64,000 bases of DNA from an uncultured delta proteobacterium (GTDB taxonomy: Bacteria; Desulfobacterota; Syntrophia; Syntrophales; UBA5619). The DNA lies in NCBI GenBank assembly GCA_963817385.1, contig CAWFOM010000020.1:24718-88717 (forward strand), read 5' to 3'. Shown here in pieces: positions 28,943 through 38,886 of the stretch. Both the position numbers and the translations under genes were made by a program. The notes beneath the pieces are model-generated. The model was given only the letters and a program-made list of their open reading frames with translations. It did not search any database and had not been told where the DNA came from. Position 1 is the first letter of the stretch; every line of letters starts with the position of its first letter.

Positions 28943-31251
28943 GCGGCATCGTCAAAATGAAAACGATTGGTAGAAAACAGGGAGAGACAGGAATCCACCA
29001 CCTCCGCATCATAAGTCACCCCTCGGTTGACGCGAATCTCGTTCAATGCCTTTTCCAAACCAAGTGAAGGGCGGTAGGGACGATGGCCCGACATGGCCTC
29101 AACCACATCGGCCACGGTGATGATCCGCGCCTCAAGGATGATCTGATCCCCGGTGATCATCAGGGGGTAACCGGAACCGTCCATTTTTTCATGGTGCTGG
29201 TAGACGATCTGGGAGATCGGTGGCGGGAAATCGACCTTGTTCAAAATGCTGTATCCCGTTTCGGGGTGGTTCTTGATCAGGGCGAACTCACCGGCATTCA
29301 ATTTCCCCGGTTTGCTGAGAATTTCTCCGGGGATATTGATTTTCCCGATGTCATGGATGAGTCCGGCGATATGGATCGTTTTGATCCGCTCGTCCGGTAA
29401 CCCCATCTCGCGGGCGATGGCCGAAGCCAGGTCGGCCACTTTCCGCTGGTGACCAGCCGTATAGGGGTCACGGGATTCCGCAATAAGCGAAATGACGCTG
29501 ATCGTGCTGGACATGGCCATCTGGAGTTTTTCATAGCTTTTTTTCAATTCGATCTCGGAGCGCTTCAGATCGGTAACATCTTTGAAGATACCGACGATGC
29601 TGTCCACGCGGCCATCCACATCAATGTTTGGGGCGCAATTAAAGGAGAAGTTATGTTCAATCCCCGAACTGCTCAGGAGGGTCAGTAAGATATCCATCAG
29701 AGTCTCTTTATTGTCCTTGACCCGCTTCACCAACTGGTTGAGGAAGTGGAGATCCTGCTCCTGCACAAATTCGGTAAGATATTTACCGACCACCTCCTCC
29801 GGGCGGTGATTAAGAATTCGTTCCCAGACCGGATTTACATACGTCAACGTCCCTTCCGTATCGAGAGTAAAGATGATATCCGGCGCGCTTTCCGCCAGTA
29901 TCCGGAATCGTTTCTCTCGTTCGCGGAGTTTTTCGTAAATGCGGGCATTGTTGATGCTGATCCCGATCTGGGGAGCGATACCCATGAGCAGGCTGATATC
30001 CGTCTCGTTAAGGAGGCGCTTGGAACGCAGGTTGTCAACGGCCAGAACCCCCTCCGACCTGCCTTCGTAGGTGATCGGAACGCAGATAAAGGAACGGCTA
30101 GCCATCCTTTTGGCGAACTCCATGCTCTTCGGCGAGAGATCCTTTTCGATCTCGCTGATGTCGTTGATGAGAAACGGTGTCTGTTTCTTGAAGGAGACGG
30201 CGAAGGCTCCCCGTGAATCCGGATTCTCGAGGGAAAATTCCGTTTTTTTCAAGAACTCTTCATGCTCCGAAGAGTATCCGTAGCCCGATGTGTAGACAAG
30301 ACGGGTCCGGTCGCTGTTGGCTAACAGAACGAGTCCCCGGCTGAATTCGAGGTTCTTTTCCAGAGTGGACAGGACATACTTCAGCAATAGCTCGGTCTCG
30401 AGAATGCTCGATGTATATTGGCCGATCTCCCTGATGAGAACGGCATTGTTGTAACGGACATTGATTTGATCCAGGAGTGTTTCCGCCATGTCCCCGCTGT
30501 TCGTGATGATGTTTTTCAACTCCTGTTTTTCCAGGATCGCGGTGTACAGGAAGGTGCATAAGGTGAGCAAGATCGCCAGGGAGGAGAACCAGAGGACATG
30601 CTTCCCCGAAAAGGCGATCAGCAGAACCATCAATACCAGCACTGACAGAAGCGTCGTATAATAGCTGACCCGTTTCCAGAGCGAGGACCGGATCAGCTCC
30701 CAGGTAATGAGATACCGACAGTGGTCCCCCCCCTCATGCATGCAGACGGGATGATCGATATGGGCGTATTTACCGGTCAGCAGTTTTGAAATACCTTCGA
30801 AATAACCCTTCCGGTTTTCACATTGGTAGGGTTTCTCCTCGACGCCGGGTTTCTGCCGGACCGTGATTTCGACCTGGTTATTTTTTAAGGTGTGGGTTTC
30901 GAGCAACGTGGCCCGGCTTAACTGATGGCATAGCTTACTGATGACCGAATACGCCGCTTTGGGGGTGATGAAACCGGACACATAATGAGGCATGGCGCCG
31001 GAGGCCTTGGCAAAAGGAGCAAAGCGTCCCGCTTCCAGGGCAATATCGGAATTACCGGTCAGACGCACCACGATTTCGTGGAAACGGTCCACTTGGTTTT
31101 GATTGAACCAGTGGCCTTCATCGTTGAGCTGGTAGATGGTGATCCCCGAATAGTCGAGGACGGTCTTGACATCCAGATTCGGGTAGTGCGATCCGAGATA
31201 CTCCATGAAGGTCTGAATGATCCTGCTGTTGTAGAGAGCGGAATTATTCAT
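28933..31251 (-). CDS. HD-GYP c-di-GMP phosphodiesterase with N-terminal V4R-like domain, 2 TM, GAF and PAS
   Basis: YQCENRKGYFEG..HPVCMHEGGDHCRY (V4R Cys pattern), two TM helices, GAF (SFICVPI..GVLAVDN), PAS, RDPYTAGHQ, IHDIGK, HHEKMDGSGYP and RPYR. Confidence 0.9.
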   Translation of the reverse strand: MNNSALYNSRIIQTFMEYLGSHYPNLDVKTVLDYSGITIYQLNDEGHWFNQNQVDRFHEIVVRLTGNSDIALEAGRFAPFAKASGAMPHYVSGFITPKAAYSVISKLCHQLSRATLLETHTLKNNQVEITVRQKPGVEEKPYQCENRKGYFEGISKLLTGKYAHIDHPVCMHEGGDHCRYLITWELIRSSLWKRVSYYTTLLSVLVLMVLLIAFSGKHVLWFSSLAILLTLCTFLYTAILEKQELKNIITNSGDMAETLLDQINVRYNNAVLIREIGQYTSSILETELLLKYVLSTLEKNLEFSRGLVLLANSDRTRLVYTSGYGYSSEHEEFLKKTEFSLENPDSRGAFAVSFKKQTPFLINDISEIEKDLSPKSMEFAKRMASRSFICVPITYEGRSEGVLAVDNLRSKRLLNETDISLLMGIAPQIGISINNARIYEKLREREKRFRILAESAPDIIFTLDTEGTLTYVNPVWERILNHRPEEVVGKYLTEFVQEQDLHFLNQLVKRVKDNKETLMDILLTLLSSSGIEHNFSFNCAPNIDVDGRVDSIVGIFKDVTDLKRSEIELKKSYEKLQMAMSSTISVISLIAESRDPYTAGHQRKVADLASAIAREMGLPDERIKTIHIAGLIHDIGKINIPGEILSKPGKLNAGEFALIKNHPETGYSILNKVDFPPPISQIVYQHHEKMDGSGYPLMITGDQIILEARIITVADVVEAMSGHRPYRPSLGLEKALNEIRVNRGVTYDAEVVDSCLSLFSTNRFHFDDAAQD

Positions 31252-33380
31252 TTCGGTACCATTTTTCTCATGAGGTATTTGAAGATGAGTCGAGGCGTGA
31301 TCCTTGTTTTTTTATCCATATAATCCAGATATTCCTTTGCATGTTGCGTATCGATAATCCATAGGTCGTACTGTCGGTCAACTTTCACTCCCTGCTCGGC
31401 GGGATAGGTTGCCGGATAGATCAAGAGCGTTACATTTTCAGTGCGGTATTCCGGTGTCAGACGGGACAGTGCCGCGCTCAGGATCTCCCAGGGGAGTCCT
31501 GCTGGATCGATTACGATGACGGTTATGCTGTTGAGAAGCTCGGAGAGGTTTAAGCCGGGGGATGAGTGGTTGACGACAAAAAAGGCCTTCAGCACCTTTT
31601 CTCGGGTCAGCGCATGGAAGCGCCATTTCCGAAAGAAACCGTGACGCCGGTAGATCTCTTCCAGGGATTCATGACCCTCCTCCGGTTGTCCGAGACGAAG
31701 GACATCCAGGAAGAGGCCACCGGAGGCGTTTCGATAGTAACGTTCCAGTTCCGGGAGGTGGCAGGTGTCAAAGTCCGTGAGCTGCCAGCCTTGGGGGAAT
31801 GGGTTCGGCAGTCTGCCGGTTGGATGGCTCGTGTAGGCAAAGAGGTCTAGAGAACACGCCTGTGGATTACCAAGGTCCCGGGCGAATCCGCCGAAGAAAA
31901 GGTTAGGGAAGTAATTATCGGGGCGAAAATAAACGATCATATGATCCATCCGGCTGGATGGATATCGCAAGAACCCGTCGCAGAATTGATGGAGGTTCTT
32001 CAGGACAAAAAGCCCCATGCGCCTACCGTTTAGCGGCCTTGCCGCGAGGTGATGGACCATCCATGCCCGCTGATACGCCCGAACGATGGAGACATGACCA
32101 TAGATCTGGCCATTCTTTTCGCAGGTGAAATGGGCTTCGATATCCTGATCTTCATGGTAGAGCCTCCGGTAAGTTTCCTTGAAATCATCGCGGGAGGATT
32201 GGAAGAGATGGTATTTCTTGGGGTAGATGAAACCCGTATTGAAAAAAAATTCCCACAGGGCGTCCATCTCCACATCGCTGGTAAAACAGGCCTGCGAACT
32301 GCCGGCATGGACAATGATGTGGCTGAGTCGACGGTAGGACCGGAAATCCATATCGAGGATCGCCAGACCGTAACGGACCAATCCTTTCACCGCGGCGCGC
32401 CGGTAGATGATCTGTGCATTACAGGTCATCTTGGGCGTTCCTGCGTGGCGGATCTCCATGTTGGGAATGATCATCCCCGGTATCAATACCCCTTCAGTGG
32501 TTTTTTCCTCCACAGAGAAACCGGCAAACGATACGTCGCGAATGTCCCTCTGGATCGGTTTCCGGAAGAAGGGGTGTTCGAAATGGGCGGAGAGGGGGGG
32601 GGTGACTCGCAGACGCGGAGTACGGAGCTTGTTTTTCTGGAAGCGCTGGATCTCCTGCCCGAGCGGTTCAAGGACCAGCTCCCTCTCAAACAGGCTTCCT
32701 ATCTGACGAACGCAACGACAGGGTCCGGAAAAGAGTATCTTCTGCCCGTTCCGGAGATAAATCATGCATTGACTTTGTCCGTTCAGCCAGATGAAAGATC
32801 CGCCTGCATCCGGGATCAACCGGACGCGAAACGCGAGGGGATTAAAGTCGATGAGTTCACCGCGGGCCAGGAAACCGCTCTGGGTAAGGCCGACGTCGAT
32901 ACCTTGAGCCGTATGTCTCTTGATGCTACGTTTCCCCAGGAGATACCCTTTTTCCGGAAGTCTCGCAGTCAATCCGTTTTCATGGAGAGTGGTCACACGG
33001 ATCGGGAGCAGGATCAGTGAGAGGCCGTCCGACATGATCACATGGGGGATCGTCGCCCCATCCGGAAGCGGGGTTGACCCTTCCACCCAGCGGCAGGCGA
33101 TCTGCCCCTGCGGGCTGGCGTCGAGGTGAGCCCGGAGGAGAAAGTCCTCCCCATATTGCGGGTCGATGGCGTGGACCATGACCGTGCCATTGGTGAAATT
33201 GATGTAGTTGAGCGTATTGATCATCCCCTTCTGTTTGACGAGGGGAGCGGAACGAATGGCCTGGAAGATATCCTGATGATGGAAGGGTCGGGACGGCAGA
33301 GGGAGTTCTCCATCGGCGAGCCTCTGCAGCTCTTCCATCTCCACGGTAAAACAGCGACCTTTCCTGTCTTGGACCATCAT
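31248..33380 (-). CDS. tandem PilZ-like domains fused to a C-terminal GNAT-like region
   Basis: RSIKR...IDFNPLAF and KLRTPR...RDVSFAGF (PilZ RxxxR/DxSxxG-like). The C-terminal GHVSIVRAYQRAWMVHHLAA and YFRPDN resemble acyltransferase-fold strands. 4-bp overlap with the HD-GYP start. Confidence 0.7.
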   Translation of the reverse strand: MMVQDRKGRCFTVEMEELQRLADGELPLPSRPFHHQDIFQAIRSAPLVKQKGMINTLNYINFTNGTVMVHAIDPQYGEDFLLRAHLDASPQGQIACRWVEGSTPLPDGATIPHVIMSDGLSLILLPIRVTTLHENGLTARLPEKGYLLGKRSIKRHTAQGIDVGLTQSGFLARGELIDFNPLAFRVRLIPDAGGSFIWLNGQSQCMIYLRNGQKILFSGPCRCVRQIGSLFERELVLEPLGQEIQRFQKNKLRTPRLRVTPPLSAHFEHPFFRKPIQRDIRDVSFAGFSVEEKTTEGVLIPGMIIPNMEIRHAGTPKMTCNAQIIYRRAAVKGLVRYGLAILDMDFRSYRRLSHIIVHAGSSQACFTSDVEMDALWEFFFNTGFIYPKKYHLFQSSRDDFKETYRRLYHEDQDIEAHFTCEKNGQIYGHVSIVRAYQRAWMVHHLAARPLNGRRMGLFVLKNLHQFCDGFLRYPSSRMDHMIVYFRPDNYFPNLFFGGFARDLGNPQACSLDLFAYTSHPTGRLPNPFPQGWQLTDFDTCHLPELERYYRNASGGLFLDVLRLGQPEEGHESLEEIYRRHGFFRKWRFHALTREKVLKAFFVVNHSSPGLNLSELLNSITVIVIDPAGLPWEILSAALSRLTPEYRTENVTLLIYPATYPAEQGVKVDRQYDLWIIDTQHAKEYLDYMDKKTRITPRLIFKYLMRKMVPK

Positions 33381-33820
33381 GAATACCGGTTTGATAAGCG
33401 ATATTTGGGGAAGTCGTCCCTTAATAGTCGAACGTCCTGCGGACCATTATCCGACGCACAAGATCTGCAACTTCTAAAGGCATGAAAAATTCTAGCCTTG
33501 GAGAAATACTCTGCAATAACTTTCTTTGTCAACAAGAATATCGGTTCTTTCGGACAAAAAGTTTAATAGCAGCATCACTCACTGTTCTACCGGCGTCTTT
33601 TTTTCACGCGTTATTCTGCCCTGGTTTCTCTTGGACTGGTATATTGAGCTTGAGGTCGAAATCAAAATTTGTTAAAATGCACTATCGGTCCCGGAGGCTT
33701 TCATGATGCCCCAATGCTCTCCGAAAAAGAGAGGGAAGTCCTATTTCGGGGCGGAGAGGTAGAGAGATCGAGTGTCTATAGAGGAGTGATATCGAACGGG
33801 CTGAAGAAAGGAGAAATCGC

Positions 33821-34318
33821 ATGTCGAAATCGGAAGATGCATTAAAAGAGGCCTTCGCGGGCGAATCCCAGGCCAATCGTAAGTATCTGGCCTTTGCCGC
33901 CAAGGCGGACCAGGAAGGGCATTCTCAGGCGGCACGCCTCTTCAGGGCAGCGGCAGCGGCAGAGACGGTCCATGCCCACAACCACCTGCGCGCCCTCAAG
34001 GCGATCCGCAGCACCCGCGAGAACATCAAGGAGGCGGTGGCGGGCGAGACCCATGAGTTCAAGGCGATGTATCCTGCTATGATCGAGACGGCTAAGGCCG
34101 AGGGGAATAAGGAGGCGGAGCGCTCATTCAACTATGCCAACGAAGTAGAAAAGATCCATGCCCGCCTCTATGAACAGATGCTGGTCGATCTGGCGGGTAC
34201 GGGAGCGACTTATCCCTACTACGTCTGTCCTGTCTGCGGCTACACGGCCGAAGGGGGAGCGCCCGACGTTTGCCCGGTATGCGGCGCCAAGGGCAAGATG
34301 TTCAGCAAAGTGGAATAA
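33821..34318 (+). CDS. rbr: rubrerythrin
   Basis: AFAGESQANRKY, ETVHA, GETHE, VEKIH and C-terminal CPVCGY..CPVCG. Confidence 0.95.
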   Translation: MSKSEDALKEAFAGESQANRKYLAFAAKADQEGHSQAARLFRAAAAAETVHAHNHLRALKAIRSTRENIKEAVAGETHEFKAMYPAMIETAKAEGNKEAERSFNYANEVEKIHARLYEQMLVDLAGTGATYPYYVCPVCGYTAEGGAPDVCPVCGAKGKMFSKVE

Positions 34319-34465
34319 ACGGCGGGAGCGCCGCCAGCGGACGGATGCTGCTCCCGCGCCCTGGACGTCCCGCCGCAGAAGGCATGTGCATGGATAACAA
34401 TCGAGAAGGGACGGGCTGGTTCTGCGGCGAGCGGGAGAGCCCCACCGCGGTAAAAGGAGATATTC

Positions 34466-34987
34466 ATGGAAGAACGTTTGAACGCACTGGAAATCGCACT
34501 GAACAACGAGATGAACGAACACCGCTTCTATCAGAAAAACGCCGAGCGGACGGCGAATCCCGTAGGCAGGGCGATGTTCACGCAGATCGCGGGCGAGGAG
34601 CTGGAACATTACGAGAGGCTCAAACAGCTCTCCGAGATCTGGAAAGAGAACAAGAAATGGCCGGAAACCCTTCCCCTCAAGGTGAAGGACACAGCCGTCA
34701 GGGCCGTTTTCCTGAATGCCGCCCAGACGAGCGGGAAGCCTGAGTCTGGCGGGAATCAAGACGAACTGCAGGCGATTCGTACGGCCATCGAATTCGAAGC
34801 AAAGGGGGCGGCATTCTATGCGAAGCTCCGGGATCAGTCGACCGATCCGAAGGAGAAGGCGTTCTTCGGGCTCATGGCCGATATCGAACATGAACACTTT
34901 GCCTCCCTTAAGGATACGGAGGAGTTCTTTGTCGATCCGGGTGCCTGGTTCCAGAGGGTCGAGAGCACGGACCTCGACGGTGCCTAA
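34466..34987 (+). CDS. ferritin-like/rubrerythrin-domain di-iron protein
   Basis: Repeated A..E..FY and ExxH motifs (EELEH, IEHEH), strong SD AAGGAG. Confidence 0.88.
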   Translation: MEERLNALEIALNNEMNEHRFYQKNAERTANPVGRAMFTQIAGEELEHYERLKQLSEIWKENKKWPETLPLKVKDTAVRAVFLNAAQTSGKPESGGNQDELQAIRTAIEFEAKGAAFYAKLRDQSTDPKEKAFFGLMADIEHEHFASLKDTEEFFVDPGAWFQRVESTDLDGA

Positions 34988-35008
34988 CGGAGGCGGTGGG
35001 TCAGCATG

Positions 35009-35045
35009 AAAAAAGCGGGCCGGAATGAGCCGGTCCGCTTTTCTT
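35009..35045. terminator. bidirectional intrinsic terminator
   Basis: AAAAAA-GCGGGCCGG-aatgag-CCGGTCCGC-TTTTCTT between convergent genes. Confidence 0.8.
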
Positions 35046-35176
35046 GACGCCTGTGGGGGTCATTGAAGTTTTACTTGAGCATACAACGGTAAAGTATCGA
35101 TTCTCAAGATGAATAACATTCCATTGTTGTTTGTACCCCCCGCGGTTTTCCGCGGCCGATGTGCTCACCGGCGGAT

Positions 35177-37210
35177 TCAACACCGCAGGGATTCTTCCAG
35201 CGTCTCCAGCCTCAGGCTCAGATCGTTCCACTGGTAGTAGAAGTCCTCCAACTCCACCGAGATGGCCTTGAGCTCCTGATCGAGCTGCCTGATCCGCTCC
35301 GGTTCCCGGTAGATCTCCGGTTCGCAGAGGATCAGTTCATTTTCCTTCCGCTTCAACTCCAGAGAGGCGATCCGTTCCTCGGTCTCACTGAGTTCGCGTT
35401 TCAGTGCCGACGTCGCCCGCGAGATCCGGTTCCTCTCCTCGGCCTCCTGCCGTTTTTCATCCTTCGATTTGCGGTTCTTCTCCTCCCGGGGCCTGCTGCC
35501 CGGATCATCCGCGGGCGATGCGGCCGGTTGCTCGGCCGGAAAGGCCGCAGGGTGAGAGGGGAGGGCGGAAGCCGCGGTCTGCGCCTCGCGCCGCTTTTCG
35601 ATGAAATAGGAATAGTTGCCCCGGTACTCGTGGCAGACGCCGTCCCTAAGCTCGAAGACGCGGCCGACGAGGCAGTCGAGGAAATAGCGGTCGTGGGAGA
35701 CGATCAGGATCGTCCCCTGATAACTGAGCAGGGCGTTCTGAAAGATCTCCCGGGTCTTGATGTCGAGGTGGTTTGTCGGTTCGTCGAGGATGAGGAGGTT
35801 CGTGTCCGTCAGAAGGATCTTCAGGAGGGCGAGGCGGGATTTCTCCCCGCCGGAGAGGACGGAGATCTCCTTGTAGATATCGTCACCGGAGAAGAGAAAG
35901 GCGCCCAGGAGGTTCCGCCGCTCCTGGTCGTTGCTTCTTGTTCCCGCGGTGTTCACCTCCTCCCAGATGGTCCGCTGGTAGTCGAGGTTCTGGGCGCTTT
36001 CCTGCGAGAAGAAGGCCATCTTTACGTTCAAGCCCATGACGACCTCGCCCGCCGTCGGCGCCTCGTCAACGCTCAAGATCCGAGAGAGGGTCGATTTTCC
36101 CGCCCCGTTCACCCCGACGACGGCCGCCTTTTCTCCCCGATAGAGGGTGAAATTTACATCATGGAAGACGGTGAGATCCCCGTAGGATTTGGCGAGGCGG
36201 CGCACGCAGAGGACCTCCTTGCCGCTCCGGGGGCTTTCGGGGAAGCGGATCGTAACGGTTTTTCCGCTCCCCTCCTCCCGGACGAGGTCAAACTTCTCCA
36301 ACTGCTTCAGGCGGCTCTGGACCTGGCTCGCCTTCGTGGCCTTATAGCGGAAGCGCTCGACAAATTCGCGGATCCGCTTGATCTCCGCCCGCTGGAGCTC
36401 CATCTCCTTCTTCAGGGCCTCGCGGCGCCGCTCCTTCTCCCGCAGGTAATAGGAGTAGTTACCCTTGTAGATTGTGATCGTCCGGTTGGCGAGCTCGGCG
36501 ATCACGGTGACGATCTTGTCCAGAAAGACGCGGTCGTGGGCGATGGTGATGATCGTGCCGGGATAGTCCTTGAGCCAGCTCTCCAGCCACTCCAGGCTCT
36601 CCGTGTCCAGGTGGTTGGTCGGCTCGTCGAGGAGCATGATGTCCGGCCGGGAGAGGAGGATGACGGCGAGCATGATCCGCATCTTCCATCCGCCGGAGAA
36701 ATCCCCGCAGTTCTTGGTGAAATCGCTCTCCCGAAACCCGAATCCGGCGAGGATCTGTTTCGCCTGCGCCTCGAAGGCGTAGCCGTCCTTTGCCTGGAAG
36801 CGGGAGATATCGTCTTCGTACTCCTTCAGGAGCTTCTCGTGGGCCGGGTCGTCCGGATCGGCCTGGGAGAGCGCCTCCTCGCTCAGTTTTACCGCCTCCT
36901 CCAGAACGGCGATGCCGCTCTTGTGCCGGAGGTAGTCCATGAGGGGCACCGGGTCGAGTTCGACCAGGTCCTGGGGGAGATAGCCGATCGTCGCCCGTTT
37001 GCGGTCGGGGATCTCGATTGTGCCGCTGTCGAGATCCACGCTGCCGAGGATCGCCCGCAGAAGGGTCGTCTTCCCCGTCCCGTTGTCGCCGACGAGGCCG
37101 ACACGGCCGCGGTCCGTGATCGTCCAGGTGATCCGATCGAAGATCTTCCGGTCGGCAAATGAAAGGCTGATGTCCCTCAGGTAAATCAATGTCCTTGAAA
37201 CCTCGTGCAA
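35177..37210 (-). CDS. ABC-F family ATPase (Uup/YheS-like)
   Basis: Two ABC domains (GDNGTGKT, FSGGW, LDEPTNHLD; GVNGAGKS, LSGGE), no TM, C-terminal coiled coil. Confidence 0.93.
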   Translation of the reverse strand: MHEVSRTLIYLRDISLSFADRKIFDRITWTITDRGRVGLVGDNGTGKTTLLRAILGSVDLDSGTIEIPDRKRATIGYLPQDLVELDPVPLMDYLRHKSGIAVLEEAVKLSEEALSQADPDDPAHEKLLKEYEDDISRFQAKDGYAFEAQAKQILAGFGFRESDFTKNCGDFSGGWKMRIMLAVILLSRPDIMLLDEPTNHLDTESLEWLESWLKDYPGTIITIAHDRVFLDKIVTVIAELANRTITIYKGNYSYYLREKERRREALKKEMELQRAEIKRIREFVERFRYKATKASQVQSRLKQLEKFDLVREEGSGKTVTIRFPESPRSGKEVLCVRRLAKSYGDLTVFHDVNFTLYRGEKAAVVGVNGAGKSTLSRILSVDEAPTAGEVVMGLNVKMAFFSQESAQNLDYQRTIWEEVNTAGTRSNDQERRNLLGAFLFSGDDIYKEISVLSGGEKSRLALLKILLTDTNLLILDEPTNHLDIKTREIFQNALLSYQGTILIVSHDRYFLDCLVGRVFELRDGVCHEYRGNYSYFIEKRREAQTAASALPSHPAAFPAEQPAASPADDPGSRPREEKNRKSKDEKRQEAEERNRISRATSALKRELSETEERIASLELKRKENELILCEPEIYREPERIRQLDQELKAISVELEDFYYQWNDLSLRLETLEESLRC

Positions 37211-37531
37211 TGGTCTTTTCTCACGGGGAGAGATTTAAAGTCTGCCCCGATTATGGCGCCTTATATCAGGACTTTTGTTCCAAGGAAAGCAAATGCTGCA
37301 ACCCCGGAGAGCCGAATTGGGTAGTTTACCATGTATCCCCGGGAGAGGGGAATAGCCCTCGGATCGGACATTGGGAGGGCAATCATGGGAAAATTATTGA
37401 CAAGCCGGGTATGAAGTGTGAGATTTATGCCAGGCACGGTACGGAGCAGGCGAGGAGAAAGTCCCTGTCGGACGGAGATGGAAGCGTCATGGTTTCCGAT
37501 CACATTTTCTTGAAGAAAGGATTATCGGCGC

Positions 37532-38089
37532 ATGAATATCGTCTTTACGTTGACCGGTCCTGACCGGATCGGGATTGTCGATGAGGTGACCCGGATGCTG
37601 CTTGAAGCGGGAGGCAACGTGGAAACCAGCCGCATGACCCGCCTGGGTGGAGAATTCGCGATCCTGATGCTGGTCTCCATTCCATCGGAAGAGCTCGCCG
37701 GGCTGGACAAGAACATCGCGACCTTTGCGGCGCAGGGATACAAAGTAACGACCGGCCAAACCAGTCTCAGCTACGCCGAACGTTTTCCCGGCTGGCTGCC
37801 CCGTCAGATCGAAATTCGCGGGGCCGACCATGAAGGGATCGTCCACGAGATCGCCCATATTCTCTCACAACGCGGCATCAGCATCGAATCCATGGATACC
37901 GGGACCACGCGGGCGCCGATCAGCGGCATGCCCCTGTTCACGATGACCGCCGCTGTTATTGTCCCTCCCGGATTCTCCGGCCGGGACTGGGAAGACGCAT
38001 TGAACGATGCGGCGGATCGTTTGAGTGTCGAGATCAAGGTAACCGCTCCCAAAGAAAGAATGAATGATGGACGGGCTCAGGCGGCATAA
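37532..38089 (+). CDS. GcvR-like tandem ACT-domain protein
   Basis: GPDRIGIV..GGNVETSRM..GGEFA, with a second ACT GADHEGIV. Confidence 0.85.
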   Translation: MNIVFTLTGPDRIGIVDEVTRMLLEAGGNVETSRMTRLGGEFAILMLVSIPSEELAGLDKNIATFAAQGYKVTTGQTSLSYAERFPGWLPRQIEIRGADHEGIVHEIAHILSQRGISIESMDTGTTRAPISGMPLFTMTAAVIVPPGFSGRDWEDALNDAADRLSVEIKVTAPKERMNDGRAQAA

Positions 38090-38142
38090 CCGCACGGTTT
38101 TGTTCAATCCGGTGAGGAAATTACCCGAAGGAGGTTTCACCC

Positions 38143-38886
38143 ATGGTTGTTGTGGATGCGATGCGGATTGTGCACGAAGCCGTTGAAGCCCACGGCGGGA
38201 TGGAGTATTGGAACACCCTCGAGGCACTTGATGCGGAAATTTCGGCAAGCGGATTCCTCTTCACGGCAAAGCGGCGACCGGTCCTGTGCCACGTCCGCAT
38301 GCGGGCTGCCGCTTGTGAACCGAGGTTCTCCTTCTTTAATTTCCCGAAGCCGGGACAGACTGCCGAACTCATCGGGAACGATGAAGTCCGCATCCTGGAC
38401 GGCGAGGGAACGATTGTCGCGCGACGAGAAAATCCACGAGCGGCATTCCGCGGCATTCGCCGGCTGGTTATCTGGGACGACCTGGATTTCATCTACTTTG
38501 GAGGATATGCTACCTGGAATTATTTAACGGCCCCCTTCCTGCTGATGCGCAGGGGCTTTGTCATCGAGGCACTTGAACCGCTGACCGGAGACCTGGCGCC
38601 GCTCACCCGGTTGCAGGTGACCTTCCCCGACGACATCCCCACGCACTCCCGCACGCAGATATTTTACTTCGATGAAGAACGCCTGCTGCGTCGCATCGAT
38701 TATACGGCGGAGGTCGTCGGCGGCTGGGCGCACGCCGCTCATTTCTGCGACGAATACCGGACATTCGGCGGGATCAAGGCGCCGACCGTGCGGCGGGTGC
38801 TGCCCCTTCCCTTCGGACACAGGCCGCTGCCTGGACCGGTGCTGGTGGAGCTGAAGGTGCACGATATCAGGCCTGTCTCGGCTTAA
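38143..38886 (+). CDS. conserved hypothetical protein
   Basis: Perfect SD AAGGAGG, 247-aa ORF (EAHGG..W; YATWNYLTAPFLL). No function recognised. Confidence 0.75.
   Translation: MVVVDAMRIVHEAVEAHGGMEYWNTLEALDAEISASGFLFTAKRRPVLCHVRMRAAACEPRFSFFNFPKPGQTAELIGNDEVRILDGEGTIVARRENPRAAFRGIRRLVIWDDLDFIYFGGYATWNYLTAPFLLMRRGFVIEALEPLTGDLAPLTRLQVTFPDDIPTHSRTQIFYFDEERLLRRIDYTAEVVGGWAHAAHFCDEYRTFGGIKAPTVRRVLPLPFGHRPLPGPVLVELKVHDIRPVSA

Noticed and set aside
34982..35010. Integron attC site (GCCTAAC at a gene end)
   Set aside because: No matching GTTRRRY or attC-like palindrome, and no integrase.
35159..37162. 667-aa plus-strand ORF and similar long antisense ORFs (7180-8640, 21836-23143, 45447-46961)
   Set aside because: Shadow ORFs opposite well-supported genes in GC-rich DNA.
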